Shown: positions 49,725 through 60,240, counted from the stretch's first letter. The stretch: DNA of 64,000 bases from an uncultured Nitrososphaerota archaeon (GCA_963838925.1 CAWISW010000001.1:192001-256000); one strand, 5' to 3'. The notes: a model not told the origin generated them from the letters alone. Translations and numbers: made by a program.

Positions 49725-51047
49725 CTAGACGTCTATCCACTGGTTCCTGGCCGGTAGAATCCCGACGTCCCGCCTCTCCATCGCGAACTTCAGGAAGAGC
49801 TCAGGGTGCTCCGTGTGGATCGGCGCGACCCTCGTCGCCCCTATGCTGCTGACCAGGCTCCTTAGCTGCTGAGGCATGATGTGCCCGGAGACGTGTATGT
49901 GGTAGAGAGGCATGCCGTAAAAGTCCAGCCACTCTATCAGCCGCTGCATGTCGAGCTCCATCTCCTCGTTGTAGGGCTCAGACGACGAGAGTATGTAGAC
50001 GCTGCCGGGGCTGGGCTTGACCCCGACCATGCCCTCCATGTCAGAGAGGGACGTGGCGACGACGTAGCTCTTCGGCGAGGCCGTGAGGTCGTCCGCCGTT
50101 ATCACCTCGGCCTTCGCCGAGACCTCCTCCTCCCACTTCTCGTACCTCTTCTTGTTGCGCCTGTAGATCACCACGCCGCTCTTTGCCAGCTTCGGGAGGC
50201 CTTCGATGTGCTCGTCCCCTTCGAGGACGGAGATGAGGTACGCCTGGCGCATCGATATGGCGAGCTTGCGCCCGGTGGCCTGGGCGGCACCGTGGAAGGA
50301 GGTGAGCCTGTCGGTGTCCATCCCGGAGAAGCTTGCCATCACGAGCCCCTTCGCCTCGCGGATCACTGTCTCGAGCTTCCTGGCGACCTCTTCTTCGCTC
50401 GAGACGGAGCCCCCGACCATGTTGGTGGCCTCCGTCAACAGGAGGCTGGGGTCGCTCTTCGCGGCCGCTCGAGAGAAGTCCTGGGTCAGGTGGGCCGCCC
50501 TCCCGTGAGCCCTGAGGTCGCCGGTGTAGACGAACGACCCCGTCGAGGTGTCGACGACCAAGCCGTAGGCACCGGGGATGCTGTGGTCGACGTGGACCGG
50601 CCTGAGCGTGATGCTCCCGACCTTCATCGCCGCTCCGCTCCTGAACGTCCTGTAGGCGAGCCCGCGGTAGTCCGTCTCGAAGGACGCCCTCTTCGTGTCG
50701 GTGATCGCCCCCATCAGCCTCTTTGTGGTCTCCCCGCAGACGACGGGGACCTCCCTGTGCACCATCGAGAGGTATCCGTAGTGGTCGAGGTGGGCGTGGC
50801 TGAGGAAGATCGCGTCCACCTTCGCCTCCGCGGCGTCCCAGCTGTAGACGCCCTCCACCTTGGGGATTATCCCGAGGCTGAGCAGGCTCTCCGGCCGCCT
50901 GGGTGAGACGTACGGGTCGGAGAAGAACCGGGCACGCTGGGAGATCGACATGCCAAAGTCGAGCAGCACCCTCGTGCCCTTGTCCTCCACGAGGATCTTG
51001 TTCCCCCCTATCTCGCCGACGCCGCCGAGGACAGAGACGCGTGCCAC
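49725..51047 (-). CDS. Metallo-beta-lactamase/beta-CASP (RNase J-like) hydrolase
   Basis: GGVGEIGGN, SHAHLDH, VDHSIPG, YTGDLR, HVSGH, PIHTE. Confidence 0.88.
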   Translation of the reverse strand: MARVSVLGGVGEIGGNKILVEDKGTRVLLDFGMSISQRARFFSDPYVSPRRPESLLSLGIIPKVEGVYSWDAAEAKVDAIFLSHAHLDHYGYLSMVHREVPVVCGETTKRLMGAITDTKRASFETDYRGLAYRTFRSGAAMKVGSITLRPVHVDHSIPGAYGLVVDTSTGSFVYTGDLRAHGRAAHLTQDFSRAAAKSDPSLLLTEATNMVGGSVSSEEEVARKLETVIREAKGLVMASFSGMDTDRLTSFHGAAQATGRKLAISMRQAYLISVLEGDEHIEGLPKLAKSGVVIYRRNKKRYEKWEEEVSAKAEVITADDLTASPKSYVVATSLSDMEGMVGVKPSPGSVYILSSSEPYNEEMELDMQRLIEWLDFYGMPLYHIHVSGHIMPQQLRSLVSSIGATRVAPIHTEHPELFLKFAMERRDVGILPARNQWIDV

Positions 51048-51107
51048 GTCGCCTTGAGCGCCCGCAAATATTTAAGTGGCCCAGACGGACCTTGGCAAAG
51101 TGGCCGC

Positions 51108-51239
51108 ATGGTCTCGCCCCGTCTTCTAGCCCCCCTTGTCTCGCAGTCTGACCTTTCTCAACCGCTCGTCATCCTCGCAGTCGCCATCGGGCTCGCAGGG
51201 GTGGCCATCCTGATCCTCTTCTCAAGAGGAAAGATCTAG
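51108..51239 (+). CDS. Small single-TM peptide (43 aa)
   Basis: TATTTAAG box at ~51069; hydrophobic helix and basic tail; precedes the HAD gene. Confidence 0.45.
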   Translation: MVSPRLLAPLVSQSDLSQPLVILAVAIGLAGVAILILFSRGKI

Positions 51240-51278
51240 GGAGCCTTACCTACCAATCCAGCTGGCGGCGATGGGGAC

Positions 51279-51965
51279 TTGCTCAAGGGCGTCATCTTCG
51301 ACTTGGACGGGACCCTGATCACCCTCCACGTCGACGGAGCGGCATTCAGGAGGGAGATAGCGAAGGAGCTCACCCAGAGCGGGTTCATCATCGACTTCAC
51401 CGAGGCCGACTACAAGGGGCTCTACGTCCAGGGCATGCTCGACCTCGCAAAGTCACAGATCGACCAAGGCCTCGTGAAGGCAGACTACGAGCTGGTGAAG
51501 AGGAGGACGTTCCATGCCCTCGACGAGCTCGAGCTGGATTGGATCAAGCACTCGCGCCTCCTCCCAGGCGCGGAGGCGATCCTCTCGAGACTGAGCGGAG
51601 AAGGGAAGGTGCCGATCACCCTTGCGCTCCTGACAAACAGCGGCAGGGCAGCCACGAGGTACGCGATGGACAACCTGGGCTTCGACAAGTACTTCCACAG
51701 GTCGTTCACGAGAGACGACCTCCCGGCAATGAAGCCCCGGCCCGACGGCATCACGGCGGCGCTGAGGGAGATGGGCATGGGCGAGCGCGAGGTGCTGTAC
51801 GTCGGAGACAGCCCGACCGACATCATGGCCTCGAGGGCGGCAGGGATTCGGATAGCCTCGGTGGCGACAGGACACTACGAGGTCGAGGCGCTGCGCCAGC
51901 TTGGGCCTGACTTCGTCCTCGGGTCGCTATCGGACCTCGAGGAACTCATCCCCGAGCTGGATTGA
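51279..51965 (+). CDS. HAD family hydrolase (phosphoglycolate phosphatase-like)
   Basis: FDLDGTL, LTNS, KPRP, YVGDSPTD. Confidence 0.92.
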   Translation: MLKGVIFDLDGTLITLHVDGAAFRREIAKELTQSGFIIDFTEADYKGLYVQGMLDLAKSQIDQGLVKADYELVKRRTFHALDELELDWIKHSRLLPGAEAILSRLSGEGKVPITLALLTNSGRAATRYAMDNLGFDKYFHRSFTRDDLPAMKPRPDGITAALREMGMGEREVLYVGDSPTDIMASRAAGIRIASVATGHYEVEALRQLGPDFVLGSLSDLEELIPELD

Positions 51966-51973
51966 CGAGCGTC

Positions 51974-54508
51974 CTACCCGAGCTTCATGCTCGAGAACCG
52001 CTCCCTGAACTCTCTGGTCTCGGACTTCACGCGCTCCAGGTCGTCTCTCACGTCGCCCAGCGCCTTCCCCACTGACGACGCGTCTTCGAGTCGCAGCGCG
52101 ACCTCCATCGCCCTCCTCCTCAGGCGAGGGTCGACGTCCTTCTCCGACGCCTCCTTGACGGCCTCGAGCAGCCTCTTGTCGAGGAGGTCGGACACCGTCT
52201 CCAGGACCGCCCCCCTTACGGTGTACTCCTTGTCCTCCAGCAGGAGGGCCTTCAAGAGGGCCACGTCCTCCTCGTCCAGCCAGCCCAGCCTCGTGTATGC
52301 CTTCAGCGCCCCGACCCTCGCCCTGGTCGGCTGCCCGTAGGGAAGGTGCTCACGCAGGAACCCCCTCGACCTCGGCTCCTTGAGGTAGCCGAGAGCCTCT
52401 AGGCAAGCCTCGCTGATCGCGTCCTCGGGAGAGGGTGCGCCGAACGCCGAGGTGAGCACCGCGAAGGCGTCCTTCTGCCCTGACTTGGCGTACGAAAGCG
52501 CCGCCACGCACTGGACGTACGGGCTTTCATCCCCACGGAGGGCCGCCAAGAGAGGCTCAGCCACCGCGGCGTCCTTGAACTCGCCCAGAGCCACAACGAC
52601 CGCGCGCCTCACCCTTCTGTGCTTGACCTTCGAGAGCCTGAGCAGCGCCTCCAGCGCCTGCTTGTCCCCCACCTTTCCAAGCGTCTTCGCCGCCTCCGAC
52701 CTCACCGAGTAGTGGTCTCCTTCGTTGCCCGCCGCCCTCTCGAGCGCCTCGACGACCCCCGGGTCGTTCTTGAACTGCGCGAGCCCCTCCGCGCCCCTCC
52801 TCCTGCTTGAAGCGTCCCTGCTGCCGCGGAGCTGGCTGAGCAGCATCGAAAGGGGCTTGTCGAACTTGACCTTCTTCAGGAGCCACTCCTCCGGATCGAA
52901 CTCGACTATCAGAGGCTTCGCCGGCAGCTCGAAGTGGTACCTCTCCTCTCGGGAGCGGATCTGTATGCGCCTGGGGAGCCTGCTCATGCCCCCCGGTCCA
53001 GGCACGTAGAACGCAACCTCGCAGGGCAGAGCGAACACCGGAGTGAGGTCGTCCAGCTGCTGCGCCTGCTTCACCGCCACCTCGGCGCTTCCGGCCTCCT
53101 CGTCCCACGAGAAGCTCACCTCGAACTCGGGATGCCCCGCCTTGTAGAAGGCCTGCTCGAAGTACCCCTCTAAGGACAGCCCGCTCACGTCCTCGAAGAC
53201 CCTCATGAAGTCGTGGGTGTCGGCGTTGGCGCGGGCGAACCGCCTGAGATATTCGCCGATGGCCTTGAAGAAGAGCTCGTCGCCGACGACGTACCTCAGC
53301 TGGTGAATCATCCAGGACGCCTTCTCGTAGGCGTATCCGTCGAAGACGTCGTCCGAGTAGACGTAGGTGTCGTCCACTATCGCCCTCCTGTACATCGTGC
53401 CGTCCTCCTCGAAGTAGGCCTCCGCCTTGGAGGTCATGTCGTGCCTGAACTCGTCCTTCCCGTACTTTCTCTCGGTGTAGAGGGCCTGGAAGTAGGTAGC
53501 GAAGCCTTCGTTGAGCCATAGGTGCGACCAGTGCTCGGCCGTCACGAGGTCGCCGAACCACATGTGCGCGAGCTCGTGCGAGACCAGCTCGATGTGGTTC
53601 CTGTCGGGCTTGGAGTACCTCGCCGCGTAGTCTTCCTCCGACCGCTCGTCAGGGAACCTCGTGTCGGTGAGCGTGGTGGCGCTCACGTTCTCCATCCCGC
53701 CGATGATGAAGTCGTGGACCGCGATCTGCGAGTACTTCTCGAATGGATACTTCACGCCGGTGAGCGACTCGAAGACCCTGATCATGTCGGGGGTCAGCCC
53801 GAAGAGCCTACGCGCGTCGGCTCGCTTCGACTCTGGGAAATAGTACTGTAGCGGGACCTTCTCGGCCTCCTCCTCAATCATCCCGAACTTCCCCGCGGCG
53901 AAGGAGTTCAGATAGTTGGAGTGCGGCACGTCCTCCTTCCAGTGGAACGTCACCCATCCCTCGGCGCCGACAGCCTTCGTCTTGGAGACGAGCTTCCCGT
54001 TGGATACGACTATGTTCCCCTCGGGCACTGTAATCAGCGTCTCCGAGGTGGACTTGTCGTTGGGATGGTCGTGGCACGGGTACCAGAACCTGGAGAACTC
54101 GGGCTCGCCCTGGGACCAGGCCTGGACGGGCTTGTCCGGGAACTTCTCGTCGGGCGAGATGAAATAGACGCCCATTCTCGGCGAGGCGGAGTACTCGACC
54201 TTCAACTCGTGAGGGGAAGGGGCGAGGTGCTCGGGCAATAGGGCGGTGAGGACGAGGCCGTCGTGCTCGAACTTGACCTTGTCGCCGTCGAGGGTGACGC
54301 TCTCGATCAACATCTCGCACGCGTCGAGGTGGAGCGCTCTGATCCCCGGCCTCAGCGGGACCAGCCTCGTGCTGCACGACCCGCTTATCCGCTTCTTCTC
54401 GAGGTCGACCTTGAGCTCTATTCTGAGGTGCTCAGCGTGAAACTCCTTGTTTGGAGGGAGGTGCCGGTACGAGCCGGGGATGTGAAAAGACGTCTTGGGG
54501 CTTGCCAC
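51974..54508 (-). CDS. M1 family aminopeptidase with C-terminal HEAT repeats
   Basis: GGMEN, HELAHMWFGD...WLNEGFA, YEK; HEAT-like repeats. Confidence 0.93.
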   Translation of the reverse strand: MASPKTSFHIPGSYRHLPPNKEFHAEHLRIELKVDLEKKRISGSCSTRLVPLRPGIRALHLDACEMLIESVTLDGDKVKFEHDGLVLTALLPEHLAPSPHELKVEYSASPRMGVYFISPDEKFPDKPVQAWSQGEPEFSRFWYPCHDHPNDKSTSETLITVPEGNIVVSNGKLVSKTKAVGAEGWVTFHWKEDVPHSNYLNSFAAGKFGMIEEEAEKVPLQYYFPESKRADARRLFGLTPDMIRVFESLTGVKYPFEKYSQIAVHDFIIGGMENVSATTLTDTRFPDERSEEDYAARYSKPDRNHIELVSHELAHMWFGDLVTAEHWSHLWLNEGFATYFQALYTERKYGKDEFRHDMTSKAEAYFEEDGTMYRRAIVDDTYVYSDDVFDGYAYEKASWMIHQLRYVVGDELFFKAIGEYLRRFARANADTHDFMRVFEDVSGLSLEGYFEQAFYKAGHPEFEVSFSWDEEAGSAEVAVKQAQQLDDLTPVFALPCEVAFYVPGPGGMSRLPRRIQIRSREERYHFELPAKPLIVEFDPEEWLLKKVKFDKPLSMLLSQLRGSRDASSRRRGAEGLAQFKNDPGVVEALERAAGNEGDHYSVRSEAAKTLGKVGDKQALEALLRLSKVKHRRVRRAVVVALGEFKDAAVAEPLLAALRGDESPYVQCVAALSYAKSGQKDAFAVLTSAFGAPSPEDAISEACLEALGYLKEPRSRGFLREHLPYGQPTRARVGALKAYTRLGWLDEEDVALLKALLLEDKEYTVRGAVLETVSDLLDKRLLEAVKEASEKDVDPRLRRRAMEVALRLEDASSVGKALGDVRDDLERVKSETREFRERFSSMKLG

Positions 54509-54638
54509 AGATGTCAGGTGCCCTTCTGAGCCATTGAAAAAGGATTTTTCAGCGTCGTTTTCAGACGCCGGAGCATTCCGGTTGCGCCTAGGGCGCTCTC
54601 CTCCTTTATATCCGGCCGAGCAGGCCGCAGAACCGGAA

Positions 54639-55883
54639 ATGGTCGCCCGCCCCCGCGCCTCCTTGGTTGTCCACTACGCGGAGATAGGGACCAAGGGGAA
54701 CAACAGGGGGTTCTTCGAGAGCCACCTGGAGAGGAACCTCGTGGAGAAGCTCGAGCCTCTGGGGCGGTTCAAGGTGGAGAGGCACGACCAGCGCCTTCTG
54801 GTCTCGAACCGCGACGACCCGGAGTCTCTGGGCGGGGCAATGGCTGTCCTGAAGGAGGTGTTCGGCGTGGCGTGGATAGCCAGGGTGGTGGAGTGCCCGC
54901 TCGACTACGCAAGCGTCAAGAGCGCCGCCGTCAACGAGCTGAACAAGCTGAAGGAGGCGTCCAACGCGTCCACCTTCCGGGTCACGGCCAAGCGCTCCAA
55001 CAAGAGCTACGAGCTCTCCTCGCAGCAGATGGCGGTGAAGCTTGGAGACGACCTCAAGAACGCCACAGGCCTCGAAGTCGACCTCTCCAGCCCGCAGGGA
55101 ACCATCTTCGTCGACATACTCTCAGACCGCATCCTGCTGCACACTTCCAAGGAGAGGGGTCCGGGAGGGCTTCCCGTCGGAGTGACGGGGAAGGTCGTCC
55201 ACCTCCTGTCTGGAGGGATAGACTCCCCGGTGGCGGCTTGGCTGATGATGAAGCGCGGCTGCGACCTGACCTACGTGCACTTCTTCGTGGCGCCCAACGC
55301 CGAGCAAATTCTAGAGACGAAGATGGCGAGCCTTCTGAAGACGCTCTCGAGGTTCGGCATAGGCGGAGGCCGGCTGATACTCGTCCCCTTCACCGACTAC
55401 CAGGTCGCGACGCGCGACCTGCGCCCCGAGTATGAGCCGGTCGTCTTTCGGCACTTCATGAGGATCGTAGCCGAGAAGGTCGCCCAGCGTGTAGGCGCCA
55501 TCGCCACCTCGACGGGCGACAACCTCGGGCAGGTCGCGTCGCAGACGCTCTACAACCTTGCGTGCATCGACGCGGGGTCCTCGATGCCCACCCTGAGGCC
55601 CGTGGTAGGGTACGACAAGTCGGAGATCGTGAAGCTTGCGGAAGAGATAGGCACCTACGAGGAGTCGATCGCCGACTACAAGGACTGCTGCTCGATAGTG
55701 AGCAGGCATCCGCGGACCAGGATGAACGTGGAAGCCGTCCTAGAAGCGTCGCTCCGCTATGACTTTCCAGCTTTGGCCGAAAGGACCCTGTCGCAGGCCG
55801 CGGCGATGAAGTTCGACCCCCACTCGCAGGCCCTCGTCGTCGAGCCTCTGGAGGCCGCACCTCGGGTCAAGGGCAGGGTCTGA
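54639..55883 (+). CDS. thiI: tRNA 4-thiouridine synthase ThiI
   Basis: HYAEIGTKGNNR, THUMP domain, LLSGGIDSPVA, GDNLGQVASQT, DCC. Confidence 0.93.
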   Translation: MVARPRASLVVHYAEIGTKGNNRGFFESHLERNLVEKLEPLGRFKVERHDQRLLVSNRDDPESLGGAMAVLKEVFGVAWIARVVECPLDYASVKSAAVNELNKLKEASNASTFRVTAKRSNKSYELSSQQMAVKLGDDLKNATGLEVDLSSPQGTIFVDILSDRILLHTSKERGPGGLPVGVTGKVVHLLSGGIDSPVAAWLMMKRGCDLTYVHFFVAPNAEQILETKMASLLKTLSRFGIGGGRLILVPFTDYQVATRDLRPEYEPVVFRHFMRIVAEKVAQRVGAIATSTGDNLGQVASQTLYNLACIDAGSSMPTLRPVVGYDKSEIVKLAEEIGTYEESIADYKDCCSIVSRHPRTRMNVEAVLEASLRYDFPALAERTLSQAAAMKFDPHSQALVVEPLEAAPRVKGRV

Positions 55884-55962
55884 GGTCTTTCCAAATGGTT
55901 AAGAGACGAACGCAGGCGTTCGAGCGTGTTGCCGAGGCGCTTCTAGCTCGGGGGCGAGGCCC

Positions 55963-56838
55963 ATGAACCCGAAGGACATCAAGGCGGTGATCCCGGTGGC
56001 GGGCCTCGGGACGAGGCTCCTCACCGCGACGAAGGTGCAGCCGAAGGAGATGCTCCCGGTCTTCTCGAAGGAGGGTGGCGAGCTCTGCATAAAGCCGCTC
56101 GTTCAGCTGGTCTTCGAGCAGCTCTTCGACTTTGGGATCAGGGAGTTCTGCTTCGTGGTGGGCCGGGGGAAGAGGGCGATAGAGGACCACTTCACCCCCG
56201 ACGGCGACTATCTGAAGCGGCTTAGCGCGAAGGGCAGCTCGGCGGCATCCCCGAAGGCCGCAATGGCGTCCGCCCTGGAGAGGTTCTACCGCCGCGTCGA
56301 TGAGGCGAGCATAATGTGGGTCAACCAGCCCGTCCCGCTGGGGTTCGGCCACGCCGTCCTCCAGGCAAAGGTCTTCGCGGGTGACGACCCATTCCTGGTC
56401 CACGCGGGGGACGCGTACGTGTATTGCAAAGACTTTGGGCACCTGCGGCGACTCGTCTCGTCGTTCGACTCGGGCGTCGAGTGCTCCCTCGCGCTGAGGA
56501 GAGTCCCCGACCCCAGGCAGTACGGAGTCGCGACGGGCAAGAGCTCGAGGGGGCTCGTCGCCATCGACGAGATAATCGAAAAGCCGAAGGTTCCGAAGTC
56601 CAACCTCGCCGTCACGCCTGTCTACTTGTTCAGGCGCTCGATCTTCGACGCGATCGAGGAGGCCGGCCCCGGAATCGGAGGGGAGCTTCAGCTGACGGAC
56701 GGGATCCAGGGGCTCCTCAAGGACGGCAAGAGGGTGGTGGGAGTCGAGCTCAGGCCCGACGAGTCCTGGATAGACATAGGCACGCCCTCCACGTATTGGG
56801 AGGCCTTGGGCATTTCATACAGGAACTCAGGGCCTTGA
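55963..56838 (+). CDS. UTP--glucose-1-phosphate uridylyltransferase-like nucleotidyltransferase
   Basis: KAVIPVAGLGTRLL..K..PKEMLP, GFGHAV, EKP, GELQLTD. Confidence 0.9.
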   Translation: MNPKDIKAVIPVAGLGTRLLTATKVQPKEMLPVFSKEGGELCIKPLVQLVFEQLFDFGIREFCFVVGRGKRAIEDHFTPDGDYLKRLSAKGSSAASPKAAMASALERFYRRVDEASIMWVNQPVPLGFGHAVLQAKVFAGDDPFLVHAGDAYVYCKDFGHLRRLVSSFDSGVECSLALRRVPDPRQYGVATGKSSRGLVAIDEIIEKPKVPKSNLAVTPVYLFRRSIFDAIEEAGPGIGGELQLTDGIQGLLKDGKRVVGVELRPDESWIDIGTPSTYWEALGISYRNSGP

Positions 56839-56845
56839 GACAGGC

Positions 56846-57382
56846 CTATCCCTGGAGTCTCTTGTAGAATCCGGGCTTCGACTCGAACACGACTCCCTCC
56901 CTCACCAGTCGGAGGATCGCGCCAGCGGCGACCTGCTGGTCGAGCTTGCTCGTCTTGACGATCGCCTGGACCCACAGCGAGCGTTCGACCAATCCATCGT
57001 CCTTGGAAAGGATGTTGAAGCACTCGACGGCCGCCTTCCTCGAGGCTGTGTCCTTCGACGACCTCCCCGTCAGGATGCCGAACTCCGACCGGGTCTTCTT
57101 CGCCTGCGCCTCCGCGGCGCTCTTGAGGTCCTTCTCGAACCGGTCGAAGAACGGCGAGACCGCGCTCTCAGCGTATCCCTTCGCGGCCGCGGGCAGCAGC
57201 AGGTACCGGTTCATCGCCTCGCGCTTCACGCGGTCGTAGACGTCGGCCATGCACTTGTCGACGTCGGCGTATGGATTCGCGCCAAGCGCGCCCTCCAGCA
57301 GCGAGCGGTAGTTCGACTTGACCCAGTCCCTCAGCGAGAGTATTCGTCGTTCCGGGCTCTCTTCCCTCTCGCCTCTTTCCAT
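56846..57382 (-). CDS. Hypothetical protein ending in an MCM-like C-terminal winged-helix domain
   Basis: C-terminus ...ILRLVREGVVFESKPGFYKRL resembles the archaeal MCM C-terminal WH. Confidence 0.6.
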   Translation of the reverse strand: MERGEREESPERRILSLRDWVKSNYRSLLEGALGANPYADVDKCMADVYDRVKREAMNRYLLLPAAAKGYAESAVSPFFDRFEKDLKSAAEAQAKKTRSEFGILTGRSSKDTASRKAAVECFNILSKDDGLVERSLWVQAIVKTSKLDQQVAAGAILRLVREGVVFESKPGFYKRLQG

Positions 57383-57470
57383 CGGGTTCGGACCGACGAG
57401 CTGGAGCCGCGTATTTATTCGATTCAGACGGGCGGCGTTCGAGGCGACGGTGTCGACGACCGAGAAGCCG

Positions 57471-57605
57471 ATGCAGCAGACGGCCGAGGCCCAAGTCCAA
57501 CTTCAGACGGACGAGCTCATGACCAGCACAGCGTCGCTCTTCGTGGCTCTCGCAGGCGGGCTCGTAACACTGCTTCTAGTCACCCTCTTCGTCGTACTTC
57601 ACTGA
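57471..57605 (+). CDS. Small single-TM peptide (44 aa)
   Basis: C-terminal hydrophobic helix; TATTTAT at ~57412. Confidence 0.4.
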   Translation: MQQTAEAQVQLQTDELMTSTASLFVALAGGLVTLLLVTLFVVLH

Positions 57606-57722
57606 CGAAGCCTGCCGGGGGACGCGGACGTTCGTCTCACGCGCGCCCCTACGAGCGAGAACCCTTAACTCGAGCGACGACGACGAACGGATCGTTTGGT
57701 TGCGAGGACGTCTGGAAATCCT

Positions 57723-58241
57723 TTGACCGGAGAGAGAACGCCCCCCCTTTCGATAAGACCAGCTAGGGCCAACGACGTCTCTAAGCTCTCCTCGTTCTTC
57801 GCGGAGGCCTGGAAGGAAGCGGGACCTGGCGCCCTCGGGTTCGCCGGGGCAACCGACGAAGCGATCAAGGAGATCGCCTCCGAGGAGTTCCTGAAGAGGA
57901 GACTCGCCACCCCGACCATCCAGATGACGGTCGCGGAGGAAGGACGGAGGATCATCGGATTCTCGAGCGTTCGCAGGCTCGAAGGGAGGGAGGCCGAGCT
58001 CTCCGCAATAGTGGTGCTCGAGAGCGCGACAGGCAGGGGGGTGGGGTCTAGGCTGCTTCGCAAAGCTCTGGATGGCGCTAGGAAGCGCGGGTACCTCTCC
58101 GTCCTTGTAAAGACGGAGGTGGCCAACGAAAGGGCCATCAGCTTCTATAGAAAGTCAGGGTTCACGGAATCGGGCAAGGCCGTGGAGAGGGTCGGGGGCA
58201 CCAGGGTGGCGCTCCGTTACATGGCAAAGAGGCTGCGCTGA
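57723..58241 (+). CDS. GNAT family N-acetyltransferase
   Basis: IRPA, IIGF, ATGRGVGSRLL, NERAISFYRKSGF. Confidence 0.9.
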   Translation: MTGERTPPLSIRPARANDVSKLSSFFAEAWKEAGPGALGFAGATDEAIKEIASEEFLKRRLATPTIQMTVAEEGRRIIGFSSVRRLEGREAELSAIVVLESATGRGVGSRLLRKALDGARKRGYLSVLVKTEVANERAISFYRKSGFTESGKAVERVGGTRVALRYMAKRLR

Positions 58242-58352
58242 GGTGGACGAACAGGGCGGCAGGCCGATGGCCGCCTCAAGCTAACGTGGCCTGAATGGCG
58301 TCTCTAGCCCAGCGGAATAGACGCGTAGCGTCGGACGATGCCCGAACCCAAT

Positions 58353-58646
58353 CTACGAGTCCATTTCGGATTTGAATCTCGAGAACGACGGAATGATCGT
58401 GCTCGTCCGAAGCACGTGAGGCAGCTGAGTGATCTTGTCCAACACGACTTCGAGAACTCGCTCGTCTGTCGGAGACACGATGTCTCGGTTTGCTTCGATG
58501 ACCGTCAGCAGGTCCCATTCCCCCGTGATGATGTGGACTTCCCTCACCTCATCGAGCTTGAAGAGCTTGTCCTCGACTTCTCGAGTGCGCCCGGATTCAG
58601 CTTGCAGCAGGACGAATGCCTTCTGGACTTTCAAGAGCGGCCCCAA
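58353..58646 (-). CDS. Stand-alone Lrp/AsnC ligand-binding domain protein
   Basis: KAFVLL...EVHIITGEWDLL...TSTII. Confidence 0.85.
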   Translation of the reverse strand: MGPLLKVQKAFVLLQAESGRTREVEDKLFKLDEVREVHIITGEWDLLTVIEANRDIVSPTDERVLEVVLDKITQLPHVLRTSTIIPSFSRFKSEMDS

Positions 58647-58693
58647 AAACCAAAGCGCGCCATTTAAGCGTGGTCTCCCCGGGCTCGTTCATC

Positions 58694-59890
58694 CTACTCA
58701 GAATGGTCTTCGACCTCGGGGCGATTTGAGGTCTGACTCCTCTTGAACCAGGCAACGGGCTTTCCGCCCTCCACGCTGACGCGCGAAAACTTGTACCCTG
58801 CGCCCTCGATCTGCTTCGTCATGTCGCCACCAATCTCGCCATTCGCTGTCTCTACGCCGAGGATGTCATCGACCATGACGCCGATTGTGTACGCAGGCTC
58901 AACCCTCCACCTGAAAGGCCTCAGGAGTCTGGAGATTCGGACCGCCTCCCTCATGTTCTTGGGCCCTCCTTCAATGTAAAAGGACCTCGAGACGAGGAGG
59001 TAGTCGTCCTCCTCGACCTTGGTGGGACGCGAACCTTGGTTCGAGCGCATCGTGGCCACCCCCTTCCCCGCAGACCCGCCGGGTGTCGAGACCTCCCTTG
59101 ACTCTGGAGAGGGGCTCTTGGAATCTTCCGGCTCGGGGAATAGTCTCGCGGCAGCCGCGACCGCGTTCGCTTGCGCTGAAGCCCGTGAGGAAACGCCTAG
59201 CTGGGCGAGTGAATCGGAGGGATCGGGGGGGAGAAGGAGAACGTGGGGTTCAGCTTGAGGAGCACCCTCGTTGACCGCCAGGGCAGACTGCTCTCCTCCA
59301 GTCGGATCCAACTGGATCTCTTCAACATCCCCGGAGGTCGAGCGGGCGTCGCTCGGCAAGGGCTCCTCGGTGGCCGGGTTGGGCGCGGTGGGACTCGGGC
59401 CAACAGGCGAGGAAGGACCGAAACTCATCGCCATCGTCGCGCCTTCCGAGAAGCTGATCGCCTTCGGTTCCCAGACATAAACCGTGTCGCTGGAGCCTGA
59501 GTCCAAGAACTTGCCTTTCTCAAGAGTCTCTTTGACCTGGTCGCGTTGGCTTGGAGAGACCACCTGGACGAAGGCGCTCTTCAGGTCGTCTTTGACTCCG
59601 GTAATCGTGAAGACGGGAGTTGTGTACGAGGGGAGCATCACAAGCTCGACCAGGACCTTCAGTAGCCTCACCTTTCCGCCATCTTCGCCATGCTCCCTAA
59701 CGTTAGACTGCCAGGTTCTTGGCCCCGCCTCCGGGGCGTCCATGCTCCCCTCAATCACCTCATGGTCGAGGTGCTCCAGCCTGAACCTCTTGATGCTCAT
59801 GCTCGAGTAGAACGATTCCGACACGTCGCAAGTCTTGCACGCTATGCCGGTCTTTTGCAGCCTAGAGTTTTTGCCCTGGCGATCCAACAA
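58694..59890 (-). CDS. Hypothetical protein: N-terminal CxxC...HxxH Zn-finger-like motif, low-complexity linker, folded C-domain
   Basis: ACKTC...EHLDH; Pro/Ser-rich middle. Confidence 0.65.
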   Translation of the reverse strand: MLDRQGKNSRLQKTGIACKTCDVSESFYSSMSIKRFRLEHLDHEVIEGSMDAPEAGPRTWQSNVREHGEDGGKVRLLKVLVELVMLPSYTTPVFTITGVKDDLKSAFVQVVSPSQRDQVKETLEKGKFLDSGSSDTVYVWEPKAISFSEGATMAMSFGPSSPVGPSPTAPNPATEEPLPSDARSTSGDVEEIQLDPTGGEQSALAVNEGAPQAEPHVLLLPPDPSDSLAQLGVSSRASAQANAVAAAARLFPEPEDSKSPSPESREVSTPGGSAGKGVATMRSNQGSRPTKVEEDDYLLVSRSFYIEGGPKNMREAVRISRLLRPFRWRVEPAYTIGVMVDDILGVETANGEIGGDMTKQIEGAGYKFSRVSVEGGKPVAWFKRSQTSNRPEVEDHSE

Positions 59891-60160
59891 GTCTCTGACT
59901 CTCTAGTGGTGCGTCCCCGAAAGCGACGTGACGATTGAGCAGTCCGAAAGCTCGATTGCTTTGAGCGCGCCTGCCCTGCCATTCGCGTTCCCGGTGGCAT
60001 GATTGGGAGACCTCGTGCAGGTCTGGTCCCTATGTGCGAGGTAGGTCATCTTCGACCCCGTAGATGCGATTGAATTCCCGACATATCAGTCGATTGACGC
60101 ACGAATACAGATTGCAGGTCCATCTCTGAAACGCTTCACGCCAAGACCAAAGGTGGAAGG

Positions 60161-60199
60161 TAGCCCGTCCAGGGTCCGCACATGATTAGGTGCGAATCC
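60161..60199 (-). repeat. att-like site A (hairpin + tRNA-Gln nt 61-73)
   Basis: Minus strand GGATTCGCACCTAATCATGTGCGGAC-CCTGGACGGGCTA. Confidence 0.85.
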
Positions 60200-60240
60200 G
60201 CAGCCTGCTGCTGCCGTTGTCCGTGATACGAGGTAGCGAG

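Noticed and set aside
58305-58315. TAGCCCAGCGG as a further att copy
   Set aside because: Only 6 contiguous nt match and the hairpin arm is absent
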